Assembly (NCBI GenBank): GCA_964538565.1
Contig: CAZIGW010000055.1
Span: 1,344 to 65,343, forward strand
Origin: an uncultured Hyphomicrobiales bacterium
GTDB taxonomy: Bacteria; Pseudomonadota; Alphaproteobacteria; Rhizobiales; Xanthobacteraceae
Direction: 5' to 3'
DNA length: 64,000 nt
In this document: positions 46,321 to 53,843 of the stretch, piece by piece
How positions within the stretch are numbered: the first letter of the stretch is position 1
How the letters are laid out: each line of letters begins with the position of its first letter
Position numbers and translations under genes: made by a program
The notes under the pieces: generated by a model
Told to the model about the DNA's origin: nothing
The model's input: the letters and a program-made list of their open reading frames with translations, nothing else
The model's database searches: none

Positions 46321-48495
46321 ATGACCATCATGCCGAAGATCGATCGCCGTTCGTTCCTCGTTGGCAGCGCCGCCGCGGGCGGCGGTCTCGCCCTCGGATT
46401 GCAGCTCCCGCTCGGTCCGGACACGGTTCGCGCGGCCGGCAGCGCGCCCGAGGTCAACGCCTGGGTGGTGATCCGGCCGGACGACACCGTCGTCATCCGC
46501 ATCGCCCGCTCGGAAATGGGCCAGGGCACGCTGACCGGCCTGGCGCAGCTCGTCGCCGAAGAGCTCGACTGCGACTGGTCGAAGGTCACGACCGAATATC
46601 CGACGCCCGGCCAGAACGTGGCGCGCAAGCGCGTATGGGGCGACTTCGCCACCGGCGGCAGCCGCGGCATTCGCGCCTCGGAGGATTACGTGCGCAAGGG
46701 CGGCGCGGCCGCCCGCATGATGCTGATCCAGGCGGCGGCGAACGAATGGAAAGTGTCGCCCGCCGAGTGCAGCGCCGCGAACAGCGTCATCACCCACAAG
46801 GCGAGCGGACGCTCGACGACCTACGGGAAGGTCGCGGACGCCGCCGCCAAGCTCGAGCCGCCGAAGGACATCAAGCTCAAGGATCCGAAGGACTGGAAGA
46901 TCGCCGGCAAGCCGCTGAAGCGGCTCGACACCCTTCCCAAGCTGAGCGGCAAGCAGATCTACGGCATCGATCTCAAGTTGCCCGGCATGCTCAACGCCGC
47001 CATCAAGGCCTGCCCGGTGTTCGGCGGCACGGTGAAGAGCTTCGACTCCGCCAAGGTCGAAGGCATGAAGGGCGTGAAGAAGGTCATGCAGGTCGGCAAT
47101 GACGCGGTCGCCGTCGTCGCCGACACCTGGTGGCACGCCAAGACGGCGCTCGACGCGCTCCCGATCGTCTGGGACGAGGGTCCGAACGCCAAGGTCTCAA
47201 GCGCCTCGATCGCCGAATTCCTGAAGGAGGGACTGACGGCCGAGCAGGCGTTCGTCGGCAACCGCAACGGTGACGTGAAGGCGGCGCTCTCCGGCGCGGC
47301 GAAGACGGTGGAAGCCGTGTACGGCTATCCCTACCAGAACCACGCCACGATGGAGCCGATGAACGCGACCGCGCTCTACACGCCGGATCGTTGCGAGGTG
47401 TGGTGCCCGACGCAGAACGGCGAAGCGGCGTTCGCGGCCGTGCTCGAAGCCTCGGGCCTGCCGGCGTCGAAGTGCGACGTGCACAAGCTCCTGTGCGGCG
47501 GCGGCTTCGGCCGGCGCGGGCGCAGCGACTACGTCACCCAGGCCGTCCTCATCGCCAAGCAGATGCCGGGCACGCCGATCAAGCTCATCTGGTCGCGCGA
47601 AGAGGACATGACCCACTGCACCTATCATCCGATCACGCAGGCCAAGCTGGTCGGCGGGCTGGATGCGGCGGGCAACCTTCAGACCCTCCACATCCGCATA
47701 TCGGGACAGTCGATCCTCACCTCGCTGTTCCCCTCGCGGCTGCAGAACGGCATGGATCCGGCGACGTTCCAAGGCCTCGCCCCCAAGGGCGAAGCCGCCA
47801 TCGGCTACACGGTGCCGAACCTCCTGGTGGAGCACGCGATGCGCAATCCGCACGTGCCGCCGGGCTTCTGGCGCGGCGTCAACGTCAACCAGAACGCCAT
47901 CTATCTCGAGTGCTTCATGGACGAGCTGGCGCATGCGGCCGGACAGGATCCGCTCGAGTTCCGGCGCAAGCTGATGGCCAACCACCCGTTGCATCTCGGC
48001 GTGCTCAACGCGGTCGCCGAGAAGGCCGGATGGGGCAAGCCGGCGCCGGCCGGCGTCTTCCGGGGCATCGCCCAGCACATGGGGTACGGCAGCTACGTCG
48101 CCGCCGTCGCCGAAGTGTCGGTCAGCGACAAGGGCGAGTTGAAGATCCACCGCATCGTCGCCGCGACCAATCCCGGCTACGCCGTCAATCCGGCGCAGAT
48201 CGAGCGGCAGGTCGCGGGTTCGTTCGTCTACGGGCTCTCCGCCATGCTGTACGGCGAATGCACCGTCAAGGACGGCGCCATCGAGCAGACGAACTTCGAC
48301 ACTTACAACGTGATGCGCATCGCCGAGATGCCGAAGGTCGAGGTGATCGTCATGCCGACCGGCGGCTTCTGGGGTGGCGTCGGCGAGCCGACGATCTGCG
48401 TCGCGGCGCCGGCGGTGCTCAACGCGATCTTTGCGGCGACCGGCAAGCGCATCCGCACGATCCCGCTCAAGAACCACGACCTGCGCAAGGCGTGA
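46321..48495 (+). CDS. Molybdopterin-binding large subunit, IorB family, Tat-exported (pair 2)
   Basis: Tail of ORF 45919..48495 from ATG 46321 (GGGGGAGG SD). Tat signal IDRRSFLVGSAAAGGGLALG. Motifs SEMGQGTLTGLAQLVAEEL and GGVGEPTICVAAPAVLNAI. Confidence 0.9.
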   Translation: MTIMPKIDRRSFLVGSAAAGGGLALGLQLPLGPDTVRAAGSAPEVNAWVVIRPDDTVVIRIARSEMGQGTLTGLAQLVAEELDCDWSKVTTEYPTPGQNVARKRVWGDFATGGSRGIRASEDYVRKGGAAARMMLIQAAANEWKVSPAECSAANSVITHKASGRSTTYGKVADAAAKLEPPKDIKLKDPKDWKIAGKPLKRLDTLPKLSGKQIYGIDLKLPGMLNAAIKACPVFGGTVKSFDSAKVEGMKGVKKVMQVGNDAVAVVADTWWHAKTALDALPIVWDEGPNAKVSSASIAEFLKEGLTAEQAFVGNRNGDVKAALSGAAKTVEAVYGYPYQNHATMEPMNATALYTPDRCEVWCPTQNGEAAFAAVLEASGLPASKCDVHKLLCGGGFGRRGRSDYVTQAVLIAKQMPGTPIKLIWSREEDMTHCTYHPITQAKLVGGLDAAGNLQTLHIRISGQSILTSLFPSRLQNGMDPATFQGLAPKGEAAIGYTVPNLLVEHAMRNPHVPPGFWRGVNVNQNAIYLECFMDELAHAAGQDPLEFRRKLMANHPLHLGVLNAVAEKAGWGKPAPAGVFRGIAQHMGYGSYVAAVAEVSVSDKGELKIHRIVAATNPGYAVNPAQIERQVAGSFVYGLSAMLYGECTVKDGAIEQTNFDTYNVMRIAEMPKVEVIVMPTGGFWGGVGEPTICVAAPAVLNAIFAATGKRIRTIPLKNHDLRKA

Positions 48496-48500
48496 GGCGA

Positions 48501-48528
48501 CGGGCGGCGGCCCCGCAGCCGCCGCCCG
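48501..48528 (+). other. GC-rich intercistronic stem-loop between iorB2 and the cytochrome c gene
   Basis: CGGGCGGCGGC (48501-48511) pairs with GCCGCCGCCCG (48518-48528). No T-tail follows. Confidence 0.5.
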
Positions 48529-48539
48529 CACGTTTGCCG

Positions 48540-48839
48540 ATGAGGGCAGCATTCCTCTGCATCGGCGCGGCAGCGGCCGTCATCTCGACTGCCCCTGCAT
48601 TCGCCGGCCAAGCCGGGACGCCGTTCGGCGTCGCCGCCTGCACGGGCTGTCATCCTGCCCACGCCGGCGCGCCGAACGCGATTCCCTCGTTGGCGGGTCG
48701 CAAGGCGACCGAGATCGAGGATGCGATGCGAGGGTTTCGCGCCGGCGAGCGGCCCGCGACGGTGATGGACCGCATCGCCAAGGGATTTTCCGACGACGAG
48801 ATCCGGGCCATTGCCGCCTGGTACGCCGCCCGGAAATGA
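48540..48839 (+). CDS. Monohaem class I cytochrome c (FccA/SoxE-like partner of the flavoprotein, or electron acceptor of IorAB pair 2)
   Basis: Tail of ORF 47391..48839 from ATG 48540. Signal peptide MRAAFLCIGAAAAVISTAPAFA. Haem motif CTGCH. Confidence 0.8.
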   Translation: MRAAFLCIGAAAAVISTAPAFAGQAGTPFGVAACTGCHPAHAGAPNAIPSLAGRKATEIEDAMRGFRAGERPATVMDRIAKGFSDDEIRAIAAWYAARK

Positions 48840-48858
48840 CGAAGGACGCCGCGCCCGC

Positions 48859-50133
48859 ATGAGCGGACCCAACATCGACCGGCGCGCGCTTCTGGCTTCC
48901 GCGGCCGCCGCGGGATGCACGGCGGTTTTCGCCCCGGCGATCGCGCAGGCGGCGCCGCGCGTCGTCGTCATCGGCGGCGGCTTCGCGGGCGCGAGTTGCG
49001 CGCGCGCGCTCAAGCAGGCCGACGCACGCATCGCGGTGACGCTGATCGAGGCAAACGCGACCTTCACGGCCTGCCCGTTCAGCAACAGCGTGATCGCCGG
49101 CCTGCGCGACCTCAGGCAGCAGCAGTTCACCTACGATCGCCTCGCCGCCGGGGGCATCGCGGTGAGGATCGCGACCGCCGCCGCGGTCGATCCGCACGCC
49201 CGCACGGTCATGCTCGCCGACCGCACGCGGATCTCCTACGACCGTCTGGTGGTGGCGCCCGGCATCGGCTTTCGCTGGGGCGCGCTCCAGGGCTACGACG
49301 AGGTCGCCGCGCAGACCATGCCGCACGCCTGGATGGGCGGTGACCAGATCGACCTCTTGCGGCGGCAGCTGGAGGCCATGCGCGACGGCGGCGTGGTCGC
49401 GATCGCGGCGCCGGTCAATCCGTCGCGGTGTCCACCCGGCGCCTACGAACGCGCCAGCCTGATCGCGTACTACCTCAAGACGCGCAAGCCGCGCTCGAAG
49501 CTGTTCGTGCTCGACGCCAAGGACACCTTCTCGATGCAGAAGCTGTTCCAGAGCGCCTGGAAGGAACTCTATGCCGGCCTGATCGAGTGGGTGCCGCTCT
49601 CGTCCGGCGGCAATCTCACCTCGGTCGAGGTCGCGACCAGGACGCTCGTGACCGAATTCGACAGCTACAAGGTCGACGTCGCCAACGTCATTCCGCCGCA
49701 GAAGGCCGGTCCGCTCGCCGAGCGCGCCGGCGTCGCGGACCGCACGGGCTGGTGCCCGGTCGACCCGGCGACATTCGAATCGAAGCTGCAGAAGAACATT
49801 CACGTGATCGGCGATGCGGCCATCGCCGGCGCCATGCCGAAGTCGGCATTCGCCGCCAGCACGCAAGGCAAGCTGTGCGCGGCCGCCATCGTCAGGCTGC
49901 TTCGCAACGAGGCCCCGCCGGCGCCGGTGCTGGTGAGCACGTGCTACAGCCTGGTAGCGCCCGACGACGCGATCTCGATCGCCGGGGTTTACCGGCCGGT
50001 CGAGGGCCAATATCTGGAGGTCGAGAACTCGGGCGGTGTGAGCCCCGCCGATGCGCCGCGCGCGTTTCGCGCCCGGGAAGCGAAATTCGCCGATGCATGG
50101 TTCAAGACGGTGACCAATGAGATCTTCGGGTGA
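48859..50133 (+). CDS. soxF: Flavocytochrome c sulfide dehydrogenase flavoprotein subunit (FccB/SoxF)
   Basis: Tail of ORF 48811..50133 from ATG 48859. Tat signal IDRRALLASAAAAG. FAD motif RVVVIGGGFAGASCA. FccB-like motifs CPFSN and RCPPGAYERA. Confidence 0.88.
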   Translation: MSGPNIDRRALLASAAAAGCTAVFAPAIAQAAPRVVVIGGGFAGASCARALKQADARIAVTLIEANATFTACPFSNSVIAGLRDLRQQQFTYDRLAAGGIAVRIATAAAVDPHARTVMLADRTRISYDRLVVAPGIGFRWGALQGYDEVAAQTMPHAWMGGDQIDLLRRQLEAMRDGGVVAIAAPVNPSRCPPGAYERASLIAYYLKTRKPRSKLFVLDAKDTFSMQKLFQSAWKELYAGLIEWVPLSSGGNLTSVEVATRTLVTEFDSYKVDVANVIPPQKAGPLAERAGVADRTGWCPVDPATFESKLQKNIHVIGDAAIAGAMPKSAFAASTQGKLCAAAIVRLLRNEAPPAPVLVSTCYSLVAPDDAISIAGVYRPVEGQYLEVENSGGVSPADAPRAFRAREAKFADAWFKTVTNEIFG

Positions 50134-50626
50134 AAAGGCGGGTGCGCGACTCGCGGTTGCCGTCCTCACCGCGGCGTGGCTCGTGGGCCTCTCGGCGTGG
50201 CCGGCGCGCGCCGAGGACGCGACGCTGCGGCCCTATGTGGTGGTGGGCGACGCCATCCCGGCCTCGCTGACCGGCACGCCGGGCAATCCGGCGCGCGGGC
50301 GCGCGATCGTGGCCAATCGCCAAGTCGGGCTCTGCCTCCTCTGCCATGCCGGTCCGTTTCCCGAGCAGAAGTTCCAGGGCACCATCGGGCCCGATCTGGA
50401 CGGGGCCGGCGCGCGCTGGAGCGAGGGCCAGTTGCGGTTGCGCATCGTCGACGCGAGCCGCATCAATCCCGCCACCATCATGCCGCCTTACTATCGCATC
50501 GATGGACTGGCGCGCGTCGCCCCGGCGTATCGCGGCAAGCCGGTGCTGAGCGCGGAGCAGATCGAGGACGTGGTGGCTTATCTCGAGACCCTGCGCGGGA
50601 ACGCCAACGAGACGAGGACGCCATGA
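50117..50626 (+). CDS. soxX: SoxX monohaem cytochrome c
   Basis: ORF 50117..50626, overlapping the soxF 3' end by 17 nt. Signal peptide present. Motif GNPARGRAIVANRQVGLCLLCH, haem motif CLLCH. Confidence 0.88.
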   Translation: MRSSGEKAGARLAVAVLTAAWLVGLSAWPARAEDATLRPYVVVGDAIPASLTGTPGNPARGRAIVANRQVGLCLLCHAGPFPEQKFQGTIGPDLDGAGARWSEGQLRLRIVDASRINPATIMPPYYRIDGLARVAPAYRGKPVLSAEQIEDVVAYLETLRGNANETRTP

Positions 50627-51108
50627 CGGCATCATTTCGCCATCCGTCACGCCGCGACGTGCTCCGCGCCACCGGTACGATGGCGGCGGGCGGCATCGTC
50701 TCCGTGCTTCTTGTGCGCGGCGCCCGGGCCACGCCTGCGTCGATGCAGATCGCCATCCACAAGGTCGTCGGCGAGGCGAGCATCAAGCCGGGCAGGGTGA
50801 AGATCGACATTCCGCCCGTGGTCGAGAACGGCAACACCGTGCCGATGACGGTCGCGGTGGAGAGCCCGATGACGGCGTCCGACCACGTGAAGGCCATCCA
50901 TGTGTTCAACGAGAAAAATCCGCAGCCCAAAGTCATCAGCGTGCGTCTTGGCCCGCGCGCCGGGCGCGCCAGGATCTCGACCCGCATCAGGCTCGCCGAC
51001 TCGCAGAAGGTGATCGCCATCGCCGAGTTCAGCGACGGCTCGTTCTGGTCGGATTCCGCCGACGTGATCGTGACGCTCGCGGCCTGCGTCGAGGATCTGA
51101 CGCCATGA
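50623..51108 (+). CDS. soxY: SoxY-related sulfur carrier protein with an AACVE (not GGCGG) C-terminal arm
   Basis: Tail of ORF 50176..51108 from ATG 50623 (ATGA overlap with soxX). Tat signal SRRDVLRATG. SoxY core ENGNTVPMTVAVESPMTASDHVKAIHVFNEKNP. C-terminus VIVTLAACVEDLTP; the Cys codon is 51085-51087. Confidence 0.85.
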   Translation: MTASFRHPSRRDVLRATGTMAAGGIVSVLLVRGARATPASMQIAIHKVVGEASIKPGRVKIDIPPVVENGNTVPMTVAVESPMTASDHVKAIHVFNEKNPQPKVISVRLGPRAGRARISTRIRLADSQKVIAIAEFSDGSFWSDSADVIVTLAACVEDLTP

Positions 51109-51425
51109 CCCGCGCGCTCATCCACGTCCCCCCCAAGGCCAAACGCGGCGAGATCATCGAGGTCAAGACCCTGATCTCGCACGTCATGGAGACCGGTTTC
51201 CGCCACAGCTCGATCGGCGTGCGGATTCCGCGCGACATCATCACGACGCTCGTGTGCACCTACAACGGCGAAGAGATCTTTCGCGCTGAGCTCTCGCCGG
51301 CGATCGCCGCCAATCCGTTCGTCACCTTCTTCACGGTCGCGACCGAGAGCGGAACGATCGCGTTCAACTGGACCGGCGACAACGGATTCTCCGCCAACGC
51401 CTCGGCGAACATCACGGTCGAATGA
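51105..51425 (+). CDS. soxZ: SoxZ
   Basis: ORF 51105..51425, ATGA overlap with soxY. Motifs KRGEIIEVKTLISHVMETG and ANPFVTFFTVATESGTIAFNW are typical of SoxZ. Confidence 0.88.
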   Translation: MTRALIHVPPKAKRGEIIEVKTLISHVMETGFRHSSIGVRIPRDIITTLVCTYNGEEIFRAELSPAIAANPFVTFFTVATESGTIAFNWTGDNGFSANASANITVE

Positions 51426-52228
51426 CGCTCACCCGCAAGCCTCCGAGATCTTCGGCGTGGATGCTGGCGCTCGTGCTTGCGGGCTGCGGGCTCGTGCCCC
51501 CTGCGCGCTCCGGCGAGATCGCGCCGGCCGATCGGCGCTCGGACTACGAGTTCATGAGCGCCGAGACGCGCGCCATGCAGGACGACGACACCGCCAACCC
51601 GGGCATGCTGTGGGTGCTCGACGGCGAAGCCCTGTGGAACCGCAAGATCGGAGCGGCCGATCGCTCGTGCGCCGACTGCCACGGCGATGCGAAGACGAGC
51701 ATGAAGGGCGTGGCCGCGCGCTATCCGGCGTTCGACTCGACCCGCGACAAGCCGGTCGACATCGAGGAGCGCATCAACATCTGCCGCAGCAACCACCAGA
51801 AAGCGACGCCGCTGCCGTTCGAGAGCCGCGAGCTCCTGGCGCTGACCGCCTATGTGGCGCTGCAGTCGCGCGGCATGCCGATTGCGCCTCCCGCCGACGA
51901 GCGCCTGCGGCCCTACAAGGAGGCCGGGCGGGAGATCTTTCGCCGCCGCCAGGGGCAGCTCAACATCTCCTGCAGCCAGTGCCACGACGACAACTGGGGC
52001 AGGAAGCTCGCCGGCAACATCGTGCCGCAGGCACACCCGACCGGCTATCCGATCTATCGCCTCGAATGGCAAAGCCTCGGCTCGCTGCAGCGACGTCTGC
52101 GCAATTGTCTCATCGGCATGCGCGCCGAAGCCTATCCGTACGGCTCGCCCGAATACCTGGCGCTGGAAGTCTTCCTGATGGCGCGGGCGCGCGGCATGAA
52201 GATGGAGACGCCGGCGGTGCGACCTTGA
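51422..52228 (+). CDS. soxA: SoxA dihaem cytochrome c
   Basis: ORF 51422..52228, ATGA overlap with soxZ. Haem motifs CADCH and CSQCH. Conserved distal Cys in LQRRLRNC. Confidence 0.9.
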   Translation: MTLTRKPPRSSAWMLALVLAGCGLVPPARSGEIAPADRRSDYEFMSAETRAMQDDDTANPGMLWVLDGEALWNRKIGAADRSCADCHGDAKTSMKGVAARYPAFDSTRDKPVDIEERINICRSNHQKATPLPFESRELLALTAYVALQSRGMPIAPPADERLRPYKEAGREIFRRRQGQLNISCSQCHDDNWGRKLAGNIVPQAHPTGYPIYRLEWQSLGSLQRRLRNCLIGMRAEAYPYGSPEYLALEVFLMARARGMKMETPAVRP

Positions 52229-52234
52229 GGCCGC

Positions 52235-53038
52235 TCACAGGCCGGGCGGCACGCGCGCAGGCCCGCCCGTCGGTTTCGTCGCCTCGACCGTGAGTTCGAA
52301 CACCATGGTGGTCTCGAGCCGGTCGCCGAACCAGGCCGAGACGGCAGCCGAGCGGGCTTCGACATAGCGGGGCTCGCCGTCGTCGAGGACCATCGGCAGA
52401 TCGTGGCCGGGCACGACGATGCTGCCGGGTCGGCGCCGCCACAGCTCCCAGATCCGCTCGATCGATCGGCGGCTGACCGCCGCGTCATAGGTCATGTCGG
52501 CCTCGCGCGAGACGAGCTCGGTACGGTTCTTGGCCGCATCGCCGGTGAAGATCACGTCGCGATCGCCGCCCGAAAGAACGAACACGAGGTGGCCCGGCGT
52601 GTGTCCGGGTGCATCGGCCGCCGTGATCCCGGGGATCACCTCGTCTGCGCCGCGCACGCGGCGCACCTGCCTCGAGCGGTCGAGTTCGTGCACGTAGAGT
52701 TCCGGGACCGACGTGAGGCCGAAAGGCTCCTTCACGGCCCAGGCCAGCTCCTCCGCGCCCACGTGCACCGTCGCGTTGGCGAACGCCAGCCAGTTCACGC
52801 AATGATCGTAGTGGGCATGCGTAAGCAACACGTCGGTGACATCGGCCGGCTCGAGGCCGCGCGCGGCGAGCCGCTCGACGAGCAGCCGGCGATAGCCGAA
52901 CGAGCCGACGTCGACGAGCGCGACACGCCCGTTGCCGCGCAGCAGCGCCACGGTGCTCCAGCCGAGCGGCCCGTGGCACACGGACTTGCCCGGGAACCCC
53001 TGCACCACGAGGTCGATCTCGAAGCCGCCGACGTTCAT
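52235..53038 (-). CDS. MBL-fold metallo-hydrolase (AHL-lactonase-like)
   Basis: ORF 52235..53038(-). HxHxDH motif LLTHAHYDHC and downstream GHTPGH. No signal peptide. Its stop lies 6 nt from the soxA stop (convergent). Confidence 0.82.
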   Translation of the reverse strand: MNVGGFEIDLVVQGFPGKSVCHGPLGWSTVALLRGNGRVALVDVGSFGYRRLLVERLAARGLEPADVTDVLLTHAHYDHCVNWLAFANATVHVGAEELAWAVKEPFGLTSVPELYVHELDRSRQVRRVRGADEVIPGITAADAPGHTPGHLVFVLSGGDRDVIFTGDAAKNRTELVSREADMTYDAAVSRRSIERIWELWRRRPGSIVVPGHDLPMVLDDGEPRYVEARSAAVSAWFGDRLETTMVFELTVEATKPTGGPARVPPGL

Positions 53039-53084
53039 GCGACCGATTCCGGCTGGCCGGGGCGAGCCCGGCTTCGGCGACGTC

Positions 53085-53837
53085 TTACCCCAGATAGGCG
53101 CCGCCGTTGACGTGGATCGTCTGCCCGGTGATGTAGCGCGCGCCCGGCCCGCACAGGAAGCGCACCGTCGCCGCGATGTCCTCCGGGGCGCCGCGCTTCC
53201 CGGTCAGAGTGTTGTGCACGAGGTGATGCTGCGGCTCCGGACCCGAGCGCGGCGTGCCGATCAGGCCGGGCACCACCAGGTTGGCGGTGACCCCGTCCAT
53301 CGCGAGGTCCTGCGCCAGGGCGCGCGTGAGCCCGACGAGGCCCGCCTTGGCGGTGACCACGTGCGCCCGGTGCTTCGAGCCGGTGTGCGCGCTCAGGCCG
53401 CCGATGTTGACGATCGCGGCGCTTCCGCTCGCCTTGAGCTGCGGCAGGCACGCCTTCACGCACAGAAAGGGGCCGTCGAGCGCGATCGCCATGACCTCGC
53501 GCCAATCGGCGTAGGTCATGTCTTCGAGCGGCTTCTCGCGCCGCACAGCCGCATTGTTGATCAGGCAATCGATGCGACCGAACTGCGCGACGGTCGCCGA
53601 CGCCATCTTCTCCACCGCCGCGGCGTCGGCGACGTCGGCCATCGCCACGGCCGCCTTGCCGCCGCGCGCCGCGATCTCCTGCGCGACCCCCTCGGCTTGC
53701 GCCTTGTTGCTGCGCGCATTGACGACGACGGCAGCGCCGGCGTCGGCGAGCGCGAGCGCGATCGCCCGGCCGATGTTGCGCCCCGCGCCCGTCACGATGG
53801 CGACGCGGCCTTCGAGCTCCCGTCCATTTGCAGTCAT
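53085..53837 (-). CDS. SDR-family protein with non-canonical catalytic positions
   Basis: ORF 53085..53837(-). Cofactor motif TGAGRNIGRAIA and NNAA. A gapless by-eye alignment to E. coli FabG puts Gly at the catalytic Ser and Val at the catalytic Tyr position (NIGGLSAHTGSKHRAHVVTAKAG). Confidence 0.8.
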   Translation of the reverse strand: MTANGRELEGRVAIVTGAGRNIGRAIALALADAGAAVVVNARSNKAQAEGVAQEIAARGGKAAVAMADVADAAAVEKMASATVAQFGRIDCLINNAAVRREKPLEDMTYADWREVMAIALDGPFLCVKACLPQLKASGSAAIVNIGGLSAHTGSKHRAHVVTAKAGLVGLTRALAQDLAMDGVTANLVVPGLIGTPRSGPEPQHHLVHNTLTGKRGAPEDIAATVRFLCGPGARYITGQTIHVNGGAYLG

Positions 53838-53843
53838 CTGAAT

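Noticed and set aside
48540-48839. Considered calling the small cytochrome c the dedicated third subunit of IorAB pair 2
   Set aside because: Third subunits of this enzyme class are usually multi-haem proteins of about 400 aa. A monohaem protein of about 100 aa directly preceding an FccB/SoxF flavoprotein fits the FccA/SoxE pattern better. The ambiguity is kept in the feature call.
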